A stretch of 64,000 nt of DNA from positions 89,104-153,103 of the IMG/VR virus record IMGVR_UViG_3300028666_000023; one strand, 5' to 3'. This document shows positions 27,490-37,275 of this stretch, piece by piece; positions within the stretch are counted from its first letter, which is position 1, and every line of letters begins with the position of its first letter. Below the pieces are notes generated by a model, which worked only from the letters and a program-made list of their open reading frames with translations, did not search any database and had not been told where the DNA came from. Both the position numbers and the translations under genes were made by a program. Source of the DNA: a virus.

Positions 27490-27962
27490 TCGATTCGAAT
27501 GTACCGCGCCATCGCATCCAGACCAAGGATTTGCTGTTCCGTCCCAGCCACGTTGAGCATCTCGAGCTCCTGCGTGTTGCCCGTCGCCTCACAAAGACGC
27601 CGATTGAGGAGAAGCGTCTTGTCGATGACGTACTCCTTGCCGCGGTCCATGAGACCGAAGCTGACCTCACCGCGCTGGGAGATCTGGAACCTGTAGATCT
27701 TCGTCTCCTGGAAGCGGTCGAGGGTGATGAAGGCATGCTCCTTGAGCCAGCACCACTGCTCGAAGGTGCCAATGAGCGGGATGATGAACCCGGACGGCCA
27801 GTAGTCTCCGCGAGTCGGCAAGTAGTAGAGGCTCTGCTCGCGATCGCGCTTCATGCACGCGTCGAACATGAGCCGTTCAGGAAGTAAAAGATGCTCGCGT
27901 TCGAGCTCCTCGAAGAGGGCGTCACGGGCACGCCCTCTTCGATTCAGCAGCTCTCTCATCAT
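27486..27962 (-). CDS. hypothetical protein
   Basis: MMRELLNRR; coupled on both sides. Confidence 0.65.
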   Translation of the reverse strand: MMRELLNRRGRARDALFEELEREHLLLPERLMFDACMKRDREQSLYYLPTRGDYWPSGFIIPLIGTFEQWCWLKEHAFITLDRFQETKIYRFQISQRGEVSFGLMDRGKEYVIDKTLLLNRRLCEATGNTQELEMLNVAGTEQQILGLDAMARYIRIE

Positions 27963-28219
27963 GCGGACTTCTCGATCGCTCTTTCGGGCGGCGTGCAGCG
28001 GACCACGATCTTGTAGTCCGCCCACGCCATGATGAGGAACTCCACCAACGTCGGCGTCTGCAAGGGATCGCCCTGCCATGCTTTCTTCAAGTAGGTCAGG
28101 CATCCCTCGAAGTCAGTGTTCTTGGGCCAGTTGGGGTTGTTGAACGCCTCGGTGGCGAGGCGCCCAACACCATCCCATCGATGTACTTGCGTCTTCACCC
28201 AGTCGCTGAATTGAACCAT
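27959..28219 (-). CDS. hypothetical protein (YozE/SAM-like pattern)
   Basis: FSDWVKTQ..R.D.VGRLA......NWPK; GGAGG SD. Confidence 0.55.
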   Translation of the reverse strand: MVQFSDWVKTQVHRWDGVGRLATEAFNNPNWPKNTDFEGCLTYLKKAWQGDPLQTPTLVEFLIMAWADYKIVVRCTPPERAIEKSA

Positions 28220-28258
28220 GTTGCCTCCATAGTTCTTATGCCTGGGTGAGGTTGTACT

Positions 28259-28975
28259 TTACGAGATTCGGCCTTCGAGAATCGATTTCTCGAGCGGCGT
28301 CAGATCCCACTGCGCGACGACCGTAAAGATCGACTCGTGCACGTGCCTGAGGAGGAACGGGTCGCCGGGCGCCTCGTGCTTCCACTCCGGATCCCAGAGG
28401 ATGGCGTAGTCGCCCTTGTCGATGTCGTCCGGGCGGAGGTGCGCCGGAACCGCGGGCACGAGAGCGGTGGCGGTCGAGAGCTCCGGGAAGTTGTTGTTCT
28501 TGCGCCACACCGCGTTGGTGAGCTCGGAAGCCGCGTCACCCAGCAGCTGCAGCGGGATCGAGAAATGCTCCTCACGGAAGGCGCCGCGGTTGTACTGCCA
28601 AGACAACCAGCGATCTTCGGAGAAGACGAGGCGGTCGTGTTGCGTGCTGATGCGTGCGATCTTCCACTTCGGCCTGGCGATCGCGATGGCCGGAAGACGA
28701 TTGGCCCTCTGCAGCCCTGCCTTCGGTATGACCGAGTTGATGTTGAGGATGCGCTCGCCGCGCGCCATGGCGCGGAACGAGTGATACAGCTGCTCGTCCT
28801 CCTTCTCAATCTGCGACTTCTGCGATCGCGCAGCACGGAGGTCGCGACCGGCGTCGAGGATTCTCTTGCGTGCTTCCGCTTTCCGCTTCTCGCGCGCGTC
28901 GAGCACCTTCTTGTGGTAGTCGCGCTGGTGGATGAGAGCGATACGCGGATCCATTTGGTGTGTCTGAACGTCCAT
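28259..28975 (-). CDS. hypothetical phage protein
   Basis: 238 aa; YAILWD...DPFLLR...VVAQWDLTPLE. Confidence 0.75.
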   Translation of the reverse strand: MDVQTHQMDPRIALIHQRDYHKKVLDAREKRKAEARKRILDAGRDLRAARSQKSQIEKEDEQLYHSFRAMARGERILNINSVIPKAGLQRANRLPAIAIARPKWKIARISTQHDRLVFSEDRWLSWQYNRGAFREEHFSIPLQLLGDAASELTNAVWRKNNNFPELSTATALVPAVPAHLRPDDIDKGDYAILWDPEWKHEAPGDPFLLRHVHESIFTVVAQWDLTPLEKSILEGRIS

Positions 28976-28984
28976 CTGTTCCTC

Positions 28985-29191
28985 CTAGTTCGGTGGCTTC
29001 ACGTCGCTAGACTCGAGGCTGACATCCCAGCCCTCCGTCTCGAGTTTCTTGGTCACGGTGGAGATGAAGTTGTTCTCGTACTCCACTTGCTTGTCCTCGT
29101 CGAAGTCGTCCCACTCGATGGGGAACTCCTTCTGAATTGTGAGGGTAAGAGAAAGGCGCGCGGTCTGCTTGGGCTTCTTCTTGGCCGCCAT
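28985..29191 (-). CDS. hypothetical protein
   Basis: MAAKKKPK; coupled. Confidence 0.55.
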   Translation of the reverse strand: MAAKKKPKQTARLSLTLTIQKEFPIEWDDFDEDKQVEYENNFISTVTKKLETEGWDVSLESSDVKPPN

Positions 29192-29433
29192 CACGCACCC
29201 TCTGCCGCCATCCGCCACGCCGTGAGGAAGGCGAGCACGTAGCCGTTGTCGAACGCGTCGAAGCGCTTGATGCGATCGCCGTCTGAGTTCACGGGTACTA
29301 CGAATACGCGCCACCCACGGCCCCTGACGCGGCGCATGCTCACCTTGATGTAGAGCGCCTCGTTCTCCCGCAGCTCTTTGGTGACGCCGCGCGCATCGCT
29401 CTCTGCCTTGTAGTACTCCTCGAAGCTCTCCAT
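29191..29433 (-). CDS. hypothetical protein
   Basis: GGAGG SD; coupled. Confidence 0.6.
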   Translation of the reverse strand: MESFEEYYKAESDARGVTKELRENEALYIKVSMRRVRGRGWRVFVVPVNSDGDRIKRFDAFDNGYVLAFLTAWRMAAEGA

Positions 29434-29637
29434 CTAATCCTCCACGTAGTAGTTCCCTTCGTCGTTCGGGCAAGAGCGGTTCAACTCGGCGAGGCAGTGC
29501 TTCACCGCCTTATCGTCCCGCCCTGTGACCTCAGTGGTGTGGTCGCAGCGCATGCATTCCGCGCGCGTCCCATCGACCGGCTTGCCGTTCCGGTCCTTCA
29601 CCTTCACCTCGAGAATCGTGCAACGAACTCGCGCCAT
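29434..29637 (-). CDS. hypothetical Zn-binding protein
   Basis: CMRC...HC...SCP. Confidence 0.6.
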   Translation of the reverse strand: MARVRCTILEVKVKDRNGKPVDGTRAECMRCDHTTEVTGRDDKAVKHCLAELNRSCPNDEGNYYVED

Positions 29638-29835
29638 CTAGCCCTTCTTCTCTGCCTTCACGAGATCCCATCGCCAGTTGCGGGTGACTTCCTGGTCCAC
29701 GAGACAGAGGATCTCTCCGCATCCCTGGCACTGCACCTCTGAGCCCACATGGAGCTCGAAGTCGTTGCCCACGTTCCATTCATGCTTGCACTTTGGACAA
29801 CAGATCTCCGGTGCGGTCGACAGCTGTGACATCAT
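29638..29835 (-). CDS. Zn-ribbon mini-protein
   Basis: CPKC...CQGC; AAGGAGG SD. Confidence 0.6.
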   Translation of the reverse strand: MMSQLSTAPEICCPKCKHEWNVGNDFELHVGSEVQCQGCGEILCLVDQEVTRNWRWDLVKAEKKG

Positions 29836-29920
29836 TTCCTCCTTGCGCTTCGCCGATAGTCGACGAAGTAGATATAGCCCAACGTCCCAAAGACGAGGGC
29901 GATTGAGATGAACGCGTCCA

Positions 29921-30319
29921 TCAAGCGGCCTCGTCGTCCTGGAACTTGCACCAGCAGCTGTCGCACCAGTCGTTCTCGATGCCATCGCCATCGAGGTAAC
30001 AGCCGAAGTCCCACGGCACTTCTTCCCAGCACTTCATGCAGCGGAAGACGTTCGTGGGGATCGCGTACATCTTGGGGTCGGCCAGAGCGATGTAGCGCGC
30101 GTCTCGGCCGCGCGGGAAGACAAGCGCCTCTCCAGCCGCTCGAGTCCAGCCTCCGCGCTTCACGAAATGGTGTCCGGGCGGACCGCCGGGCGCACCGCCT
30201 CGTACGACGATCCACCCGCGATCTTCCTGAGGACACGGCAACAGATACGCGTAGCGGTCGAGCAGCCCCTCGAACAGCTGTGACTTGTAGCGGTCATCGA
30301 AGAACTGGAGACGGCTCAT
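29921..30319 (-). CDS. hypothetical protein with C-terminal Zn finger
   Basis: CMKC...CDSC. Confidence 0.55.
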   Translation of the reverse strand: MSRLQFFDDRYKSQLFEGLLDRYAYLLPCPQEDRGWIVVRGGAPGGPPGHHFVKRGGWTRAAGEALVFPRGRDARYIALADPKMYAIPTNVFRCMKCWEEVPWDFGCYLDGDGIENDWCDSCWCKFQDDEAA

Positions 30320-30603
30320 CGCTTCGACAACCGCAGGATGTTCGGGACGTAGCCCACCTTCTTCGCGTGGCGCGCCATCGCGCGCGAGCGCGCCTGGTAC
30401 CCCTGCGTGTAGCCATCTGCGTAGTCCTGCAGGTCCTTGTGGTCCGGCCGCATCGCGTGGCAGCCGGCGCCGTCCATGAAGCCGCGGCGAAAGAGCTGGC
30501 TACGTTCCCACGGGGTCCACTCTCTTTCTTTTCCGTCGGGGCCTTTCGGCTTTCGGCCGTATGGAGATTGAGGCGGGTTCGACTTTGCTTTCTTCTTGGG
30601 CAT
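30316..30603 (-). CDS. hypothetical basic protein
   Basis: MPKKKAK; AGGAG SD; FRRGFMDG...YADGYTQG. Confidence 0.6.
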   Translation of the reverse strand: MPKKKAKSNPPQSPYGRKPKGPDGKEREWTPWERSQLFRRGFMDGAGCHAMRPDHKDLQDYADGYTQGYQARSRAMARHAKKVGYVPNILRLSKR

Positions 30604-30696
30604 GTTCTTTCTCCTGAGGTTTGACCTCGTCGTGCATGGTGAGGATGCGCCGCTTGCGCAGGCGAGCGACGCGCGGGTTCTCGAAGTCATCCATGG

Positions 30697-31149
30697 TCAC
30701 CGTCCTTCCGGCGGAGTCAGCCGTGGGTCGTACATCGCCACCTCGACGTGCTCGAGGGCGAAGTCCTGGGCGAGGCGGGTGCGGAAGAGGACCTGCGCCT
30801 GCTTGTCCGCACGCTGCATCGGCGTCATGTACGCATAGCGACGCCGCACATACTCATCGACGGGCGAGCGATTGAAGACGAAGTCGCCGAGCGCATCTCG
30901 TAAGATCTGCACCACGATCTGCGGTGTGTCTAGCGAGTCGAACTTCTTGGCGAACGAGAAGACCGGAATGATGAAGTAGCGCTCTGATTCGAGCGTGGGC
31001 TCATGCTCTTCGTTCTTGACGAAGGCGAGCGTCTCTTTGATGTCCCCTAGCCGTTCGAGTCCGATGGACTCTCCCGATTCGATCGCCGCAACCATCAGGG
31101 ACAGTGTGGTTTCGGCGATGTGAAGCCTATCGCGTTGTGTTCGATTCAT
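30697..31149 (-). CDS. hypothetical protein
   Basis: Follows GGAATAAG (31166-31173). Confidence 0.65.
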   Translation of the reverse strand: MNRTQRDRLHIAETTLSLMVAAIESGESIGLERLGDIKETLAFVKNEEHEPTLESERYFIIPVFSFAKKFDSLDTPQIVVQILRDALGDFVFNRSPVDEYVRRRYAYMTPMQRADKQAQVLFRTRLAQDFALEHVEVAMYDPRLTPPEGR

Positions 31150-31193
31150 GTTGTTCTCCGTACTTCTTATTCCGAGCACGGAGAACTAGTGTC

Positions 31194-31517
31194 CTACGCG
31201 CCGGGATCTTTGGGTGACTCCTCTATGGGTCGCTGTACCGCGAGCTTGTTCGTCTCGATGTGAACTGCTGCGTGCAAGATGCCGAGCATCTCGAAGCGCT
31301 TGTAGTCCGACGGCGCCAGGCCGAAGGACACACCGTCAGCCGCCTTGGCGATGAGTACGAGCGACTCAACCTCACCGTTCCGCACCTTTTGCTCGAACTG
31401 CTTCAGCAGCGTCAGCATCTCGAACTTGCGGTGGTTCTCCGCCATGTGATCGGCGAGAGAGGGGACACTGTTGTCTACGACTACCCGCAGGTTCGGGTTC
31501 TTCTCTTTGTCGTCCAT
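31194..31517 (-). CDS. hypothetical protein
   Basis: MDDKEKNPNLRVVVDN. Confidence 0.6.
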   Translation of the reverse strand: MDDKEKNPNLRVVVDNSVPSLADHMAENHRKFEMLTLLKQFEQKVRNGEVESLVLIAKAADGVSFGLAPSDYKRFEMLGILHAAVHIETNKLAVQRPIEESPKDPGA

Positions 31518-31522
31518 GGTTT

Positions 31523-32899
31523 CTATCTCAGCACGACGAGGTACTTCCGGCATCTGGAAACGGCGGTGTACGCCCAGCGCCGATAGAAGTCGGGGTCGTC
31601 GAAGCGATCCCACGGGTAGTCGTCCACGAGGATGACGTACTCGAACTCGCTGCCCTGCGCCTTGTGCACCGTGAGCGCGTAGCCAAAGTCGACCAGAAGA
31701 CCGAGCTGCTCCCAGCTGAAGGCCTTGTGACCCGAGAGCTCGCGGAAGGTGACGAGGTCCTTGAGCACGCGCTCTTGCCCGAACTGGTAGCGACTGACCG
31801 GGCCAGAGAAGTGGACGCGCTCGTCGCGGAAGTCGAGCTCCCCGTGGTAGTGGACGGGGTTCGTCTGATAGAGATTGCCCACCTCCCCGCGCATGCCGTT
31901 GAAGAGGCGCGTGTATGAGTTGCGCAAGCAGATGATCTGGTCGCCGATGCGCGGGTTCGGCGTAGCCCCCTGCTCGAAGCCCCAACGGATTTCCCTTGCG
32001 AGGTTGTTGAGCACGACGCGCGTCTTGTTCGAGAAGCAGAGAAGCGCGAGGTCGTCGATCTTGAAGCCGGGCGTTTGGTAGAGCGACTGCAGCACCTCGA
32101 AGAGCTGCTCCTTCGCGAGGAACTGCACCTCCGGCGTGTTCGCGTAGTTCGGAGGGAAGCGGCCGGTCGTGCGGACCTCCTCGGAGAGCGAGAGCACGGG
32201 ACTGCCCTTCGCCTGACGGTGGATGTGCTCGAGGGTGAGGTCCGGCTTGAGCATCAGGTTGAACTGCCCCTCGACTGGCGGGAGTTGGCCGTGGTCGCCG
32301 ACAGCGAGGATGGGAATCCTGTACTCCATGAAGTCGGACAAGATCTGCTCGCTGACCATCGAACCCTCATCGATGATGATGAGATCGAAGTGGAGCTCGT
32401 ACTTCTTGTCCCATCGCAAGATCGTCCCGGTCTTCTTGTCCGTGACAGGCTCGTACATCAGCCGATGGATCGTGGAGATCTCGTGGCTGTCGAAGAGAAC
32501 ATTCTGCTGCGCGAACTTCTGGCGGAGTACGCTGACCGCCTTACCCGTGAGCGAGCAGAAGGCGATGCGCTTGTTCTCGTAGTGCTCAGCGATGGCTCCG
32601 AGCATCGTTGTCTTGCCGGTGCCGGCGTAGCCGCCGACGGTCAAGATCTCCGGCTCTTCAGGGTCCATCGAATCGAACCAGTCCACGATGCAACCGAAGA
32701 CGTTGCGCTGCTCGTCGGACAAGCTGTTCTCGGTGAGCCGCCCACCCATCTGTTGTTCGACGGCGCGAAGTGCCTCCTCCTCGCTCAACATGTCGAACGT
32801 CTCGTTCAACGAGATGGCAGAGACGCTGGCCTTGGGCTTCCCGTTCAGCGTTCCGTTCTTGATGTAGAAGTCTTGCTTGGTCCCCGCGTACTGTTCCAT
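31523..32899 (-). CDS. SF1B RecD2/Dda-like ATP-dependent DNA helicase
   Basis: GYAGTGKT, STIHRL, IIDEGSMV, VGDHGQLPPV, HRQ, YALTVHKAQGSEF, YTAVSR. Confidence 0.93.
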   Translation of the reverse strand: MEQYAGTKQDFYIKNGTLNGKPKASVSAISLNETFDMLSEEEALRAVEQQMGGRLTENSLSDEQRNVFGCIVDWFDSMDPEEPEILTVGGYAGTGKTTMLGAIAEHYENKRIAFCSLTGKAVSVLRQKFAQQNVLFDSHEISTIHRLMYEPVTDKKTGTILRWDKKYELHFDLIIIDEGSMVSEQILSDFMEYRIPILAVGDHGQLPPVEGQFNLMLKPDLTLEHIHRQAKGSPVLSLSEEVRTTGRFPPNYANTPEVQFLAKEQLFEVLQSLYQTPGFKIDDLALLCFSNKTRVVLNNLAREIRWGFEQGATPNPRIGDQIICLRNSYTRLFNGMRGEVGNLYQTNPVHYHGELDFRDERVHFSGPVSRYQFGQERVLKDLVTFRELSGHKAFSWEQLGLLVDFGYALTVHKAQGSEFEYVILVDDYPWDRFDDPDFYRRWAYTAVSRCRKYLVVLR

Positions 32900-33555
32900 G
32901 GATTCTTTTCTCGTTTCCTACTTCGTACGATCCATCCGTAGCAACGTTTGCAGAACCCGCGCGCGAAGTGGGGTGCTTGAGACGTGCCGCACTCGTGACA
33001 GCAGACGGGCTTCTCGCCGATGCCCCATACACCGACGTCCGTCTTCTTACTGCTGCGTTTGTATATGCGCTTGTCTCTGGGGAGCTGCGCGAGGAACGCG
33101 AGGATAGTCGCTTGCTCCTCAGGTCGCACGATGAACTGGTTCGGGTGCTTACGCTGGCGCGGGTCGATGCGGACAGAGTGGCGGAGCTTGATCCCCAGAT
33201 GCTCGATGGCGTTCTCCACCATGGGACGCGATCGCTTGGTGAGAAGCACGAAGCGCGCGAGGCTCATGTAGTCCGGGAGCTTGAGCTTGCGCGCGCGTGC
33301 GTGCTCGCGCACCGACATCGGACTGCGATTGAGCTCGCGCGCGATGTCTTCTATGTCGATGACGGCCCAACTAGCCGCAAGGAAGCGTTCCTCCCGCTCC
33401 TCCCACGTGCGGTGTGGGCCCGCTTTGCGTGGGTGATCATCAGGTGCCGGACTGTCGATTCCGGGCGGAAGATCTTCTTGCCGATGTAGAAGACGTGGAA
33501 GCTCGAGTTGTACTCGACTCCCCACTCCATCAGCTGCTCTTTGCTTGGGTCGCAT
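32845..33555 (-). CDS. putative HTH/Myb-like DNA-binding protein (start uncertain)
   Basis: WEEREERFL...IARELNRSPMSVREHAR; C-terminal CHECG...HFARGFCKRC. Confidence 0.55.
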   Translation of the reverse strand: MRPKQRAADGVGSRVQLELPRLLHRQEDLPPGIDSPAPDDHPRKAGPHRTWEEREERFLAASWAVIDIEDIARELNRSPMSVREHARARKLKLPDYMSLARFVLLTKRSRPMVENAIEHLGIKLRHSVRIDPRQRKHPNQFIVRPEEQATILAFLAQLPRDKRIYKRSSKKTDVGVWGIGEKPVCCHECGTSQAPHFARGFCKRCYGWIVRSRKREKNPWNSTRGPSKTSTSRTER

Positions 33556-33743
33556 GGGATCGAAAGGCTCATCGTGAGGATGTCTTCATCCGGGATGGAC
33601 CGGATGCGCTTCGCCTTGATGTCGTCGACCGCGAAGCCGTTGATGAAGGAGAAGAAGTCGCGCGCGTCATGCGGCGTCTCGGCAACCACCCAGAAGTCGG
33701 AGTCGCCGTTGTCGGTGGTGCACCAGTAGAGACCGAGGCTCAT
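33351..33743 (-). CDS. hypothetical protein
   Basis: ORF coupled to the upstream gene. Confidence 0.6.
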   Translation of the reverse strand: MSLGLYWCTTDNGDSDFWVVAETPHDARDFFSFINGFAVDDIKAKRIRSIPDEDILTMSLSIPCDPSKEQLMEWGVEYNSSFHVFYIGKKIFRPESTVRHLMITHAKRAHTARGRSGRNASLRLVGPSST

Positions 33744-34141
33744 GCTTTCCTGCAGGACTGAATCATCTCGAAGAACCAGTCTAGGAAACCGGGCGGCAGG
33801 TTGTCACTCTGCTGCGCGACTTCGTCGTAGAGCTCCTCGAGGGCGTCGACCACGCGCGGCGGCAGGCGCGGGAAGTGCTCCGGTGCGTAGTCGTTGAGCG
33901 CGGTCACCAACCGAATGGCGCGCTCGTTGTAGACGCTGCGGTCGATGCCCGCGCCTTCAAGGACTTCGGGCACCGACTGCACGAGGAACCACGCCGCGTT
34001 GGCGACGTTGGCAGCGAGTCGGTAGCTACGAAGAAGGCGCTTCACCTGAGCGCCGGTGAGCGCGACCTCTTCATCAGACAGTTGCTCGAGGGCTCGAATC
34101 TCTGCCTCGGGCGTGAAGCTCGTTTGTGCTTTTCTAGCCAT
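33740..34141 (-). CDS. hypothetical protein
   Basis: MARKAQT; GAGG SD. Confidence 0.6.
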   Translation of the reverse strand: MARKAQTSFTPEAEIRALEQLSDEEVALTGAQVKRLLRSYRLAANVANAAWFLVQSVPEVLEGAGIDRSVYNERAIRLVTALNDYAPEHFPRLPPRVVDALEELYDEVAQQSDNLPPGFLDWFFEMIQSCRKA

Positions 34142-34631
34142 GCTTTCCTCTATCCCAACAGGGTCGATGCCAAGCAACCTCGCGGTGACTGTCGTTGAGG
34201 TCGATGACCACGAGCGAGTTCACTGGAAGAACGCGCCCGCATCCGCTGCAAGTTGCCGGCTCGTTGAGCACACGGTGCTGCGGGTAGTGTTGGTCTGAGG
34301 CGACCTCGTGCTCCGGAACCTGCACGCCGAACATGTCGTTGATGGCCTGCCGCATCTGGTCGGCCGATAGGCCCTCTCCCTCCATGTTCATCACCTGTAC
34401 GCGGATGTGCCGACGCGAGGACTTCGCCTCCTTCGTGCGCTTGAACGGTGCCTGCGGCGGCTTCGGTGGGGGAGGTGGTGGGGTAGGCGCTGAAGCTGGG
34501 GCGTCGAGGAGGTTGTGCTTGGCGATCAGCTTCACTGCTTCCATGGCCGCAGTCCTCGCCTCCTCCACCGATGCTCCGGAGGAGAGGGCGAGGGCCATCA
34601 GTCGCCGCGCACGCTCGTGCGGAGAGCTCAC
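34134..34631 (-). CDS. DUF2786-like N-terminal domain protein
   Basis: RARRLMALA...EEARTAAMEAVKLIAKHNL, followed by a Pro-rich linker. Confidence 0.65.
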   Translation of the reverse strand: MSSPHERARRLMALALSSGASVEEARTAAMEAVKLIAKHNLLDAPASAPTPPPPPPKPPQAPFKRTKEAKSSRRHIRVQVMNMEGEGLSADQMRQAINDMFGVQVPEHEVASDQHYPQHRVLNEPATCSGCGRVLPVNSLVVIDLNDSHREVAWHRPCWDRGKHG

Positions 34632-35164
34632 TGCAGCTGCAGTGCGACGTACCGCTTGATCTGCTCGACGACTTCCGTGAGAAGACGCGGCGTGCCGCAG
34701 TTGGGTGCGTCGCAGCGCTCGGTGTGCGCTTTGAGCTCGGACTCGAGCTCGGGAACGATCTGGCGCAGTGCCTCGCTCTCGTACTCCTTGAAGACCGCGC
34801 CGGCCACCTTGGCGACCTGCTCCTTGTACGTGTCGACGTTCGAAGCGTCCGGCATGTGCCCGATGATCTTGCCGAGCAGCGCCTGCGTCTCGCGACTCAG
34901 GTGCGGGAACTCGGCCGGCGTGCGGCCCGCGAGCGCTTGCATGAGTCCCTGGATGGGATTGACGCGCTCTTCGGAGTGCTTCTGCGCCATGACCGCGATG
35001 CCCTGCTTGTGGAGATCGGTGCTCACGTTGTAGCCGGCCTCGAGCAGGTCGTTCATGTGCTTCTCGACCTCGAGACCGAACTTGCGGAAGTCCTTCTGGT
35101 ACGGCACCGCGATCACGCGGAACCGCTTCTCACTCTTTGCGCTCGTCTTCTTTGCCTTCGTCAT
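34628..35164 (-). CDS. hypothetical protein
   Basis: MTKAKK; strong codon bias. Confidence 0.65.
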   Translation of the reverse strand: MTKAKKTSAKSEKRFRVIAVPYQKDFRKFGLEVEKHMNDLLEAGYNVSTDLHKQGIAVMAQKHSEERVNPIQGLMQALAGRTPAEFPHLSRETQALLGKIIGHMPDASNVDTYKEQVAKVAGAVFKEYESEALRQIVPELESELKAHTERCDAPNCGTPRLLTEVVEQIKRYVALQLQ

Positions 35165-35335
35165 GATCTCTCTCCCTAGTACCAAACCACTCACGTACTG
35201 CCCACAAGGAACAGGACAGGGTGGGTAAGTGCGCCACCGGGATCAACCACCCCGACGGCTTCAACAACAAGAACATCAGCACGTCGATGGCCACCCCAAC
35301 GAGCAACCATTCGATCGCACTCTTTCGCTGTGCTG

Positions 35336-35680
35336 TCACGACTTCTTCTCCGGAAACCCGAAGTAGAGCAGCGCGCCTTGAACCGTCATCGGCTTCTTCG
35401 CGCGCTGCCACACGCTCTTCAGCGGTGGGTACGCTTCTAGATCTTCTTCCCTGAAGTGGGCCGCTTCCCCACTAACACCGATGCTGTCACGGATGACGTT
35501 GTAGATGACGAGCAACCCATCCGTGCATGGGGCGATGAACGGAGCTGGGTTCGAGGTGAACGCAGCTAGCCGCTCTTTCGCGAGGTCGTCGAAGAACTTC
35601 CGGCCGATCTCCAATCGTTCCGGTTCCTCGGTGGTCCCGGTCCCCATGACGACGACCGACAGGGTCTTCTCCATGGTCAT
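35336..35680 (-). CDS. hypothetical protein
   Basis: Follows GCAATAAG variant (35698-35705) and GGGAG. Confidence 0.6.
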   Translation of the reverse strand: MTMEKTLSVVVMGTGTTEEPERLEIGRKFFDDLAKERLAAFTSNPAPFIAPCTDGLLVIYNVIRDSIGVSGEAAHFREEDLEAYPPLKSVWQRAKKPMTVQGALLYFGFPEKKS

Positions 35681-35705
35681 GTTGTACTCCCAGGAGTCTT
35701 ATTGC

Positions 35706-36377
35706 CTAACGGCCAAAGTTGTTTCCCGGGGGTTCATCTTCGCTGACCTCTGCCTGTACCGCCTCGTAGTCGACGAGGTTCTCGGGCAGGGAGAAGACGT
35801 CCTCACTGCTCGACGAGGAGAAGACCTCACGGCGACGGTACTCGGCAGGGCGACCGACGGAGAGAACGTTCTTCGGCGTGAGCCGCTTGATGTGCGTGCG
35901 CACGAGCGCGACGTCGAGTCCGAGCGAATCGCAGATGCCCACGAAGCTCGTGACGTACTTCCCCTGCTGCTCCCGCTCCTTCCACTCCGGTGTGCCCGGC
36001 TCCTCGGTGAAGAGCCAGTGGAAGGCAGCCTCCGCCATGGTCTTGTGGAGAAGGCGCGCGCTGCTTCGGTAGAGGACCCAGTCGTAGGCTGCACGACGCA
36101 CGATCTCGAGCAGCAACGCCTTGCAGCCGTTGATCTCCTGGAGCAAGAGCTCCTCTTCGTCTTGCGTGCGGCGCTTCGGACGTACGAGGACCGGCTCGCC
36201 GAGTAGCTTCTTCGGAGGCGCGGGGAAGCGAAGAACAATACCCGTGCGCGTCTTCCGCTTGGTCTCGGTGACCTCTTCAGCGCGCGCGAAGGCCGAGCGA
36301 AGGTCTTCGATGGAGGGCCGCTGCGTCCGCTTTGCTGCGCGCCGCAAAGCCAGATGAAGTACAGCGGCGAGGGGCAT
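35706..36377 (-). CDS. conserved-type helical phage protein (possible transcription regulator)
   Basis: EIVRRAAYD...A.HWLF...SFVGICDSLGLD pattern; start uncertain. Confidence 0.55.
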   Translation of the reverse strand: MPLAAVLHLALRRAAKRTQRPSIEDLRSAFARAEEVTETKRKTRTGIVLRFPAPPKKLLGEPVLVRPKRRTQDEEELLLQEINGCKALLLEIVRRAAYDWVLYRSSARLLHKTMAEAAFHWLFTEEPGTPEWKEREQQGKYVTSFVGICDSLGLDVALVRTHIKRLTPKNVLSVGRPAEYRRREVFSSSSSEDVFSLPENLVDYEAVQAEVSEDEPPGNNFGR

Positions 36378-36378
36378 G

Positions 36379-37275
36379 TCAGGTGATGACGGTGACGAGC
36401 TGCGGAGAGCCCGCCAGCCCAGGGTCGGGGATGTGGACGATCGAGTTGTCCATGCGCTTCACCAGGATGTTCGCGGTCCCAGGTGTGAGTCCCAAGATCG
36501 TGACATTCAACGACGAGGGCTGCACGCCCAAGACGGTCGTATCGTCACTTGTATACTGAACGTCCTCGATGTCAACGCCGAGGTTCTCCCCATCGCTCGC
36601 TGTCACCGTGGGAACCAGGGTGAGCGACTCGCCGACGTGGAGCGTATACGGGCCCGGCGGGTCGTAGACGACGCTCGCGGGGATGGGGAAGATCAAGTCG
36701 ACGATGTTGCAGTTCGGCAGGTCCGGCACATCGATGTGCCGAGTGATCTCCTCTTCGCCCTCCACCGTGCAGTCGTACTGCGCGTTGCGGAACAGGTTCA
36801 CCCGCACGTAGCCGTTCTTGTCGGTGCGCACGATGACGCGCTCTTTCAGAACAGCAGCGCCCTCCACCCACACCGGGTTGAACTTCGGCATGAAGTGGAT
36901 CTCCGTGCCTGGGGCAGGAGAACCATCACCGCTGCGGAAGAAGCCGAACGCGGTGCAGAGGCGTGAGTCGATGGGCACCGGCGGCGTCACCAGCGTGCCA
37001 GGCACATCGAACGTGTTCGAGGCCGGTGGAACGGGAGCCGAGAGCACGGTGAAGGTCAGCGGGTTCGGGAACGTGACCGAGAACTTGAAGAAGCGCGCCT
37101 GGTAGGGCGACGCTGCGGAGTCGAGCAAGAAGCCGACATGCCCGTTCGTGTCGGTCGTCGCGAGGCCGTAGGTGGTGAGGCCATCAGCCGACAAGATCTT
37201 CACCGTCACGCCGGAGATGGGGTTCTTCTGCGGGGTTGTGTCCTCGACGTAGAAGTCGACCGCTTCGCTGGACAT
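36379..37275 (-). CDS. putative virion structural protein with Ig-like/carboxypeptidase-regulatory-like domains
   Basis: PISGVTVKI...TTDTNG; RTDKNGY; YTSDDTTVLGV...ILGLTPGTANI (Big_2-like). Confidence 0.7.
   Translation of the reverse strand: MSSEAVDFYVEDTTPQKNPISGVTVKILSADGLTTYGLATTDTNGHVGFLLDSAASPYQARFFKFSVTFPNPLTFTVLSAPVPPASNTFDVPGTLVTPPVPIDSRLCTAFGFFRSGDGSPAPGTEIHFMPKFNPVWVEGAAVLKERVIVRTDKNGYVRVNLFRNAQYDCTVEGEEEITRHIDVPDLPNCNIVDLIFPIPASVVYDPPGPYTLHVGESLTLVPTVTASDGENLGVDIEDVQYTSDDTTVLGVQPSSLNVTILGLTPGTANILVKRMDNSIVHIPDPGLAGSPQLVTVIT

Noticed and set aside
30316-30603. Ribosome modulation factor-like pattern (FRRGFMDG...YADGYTQG)
   Set aside because: It lacks the CPY and WLGGW hallmarks, and Y/FxxG repeats are common in unrelated phage proteins
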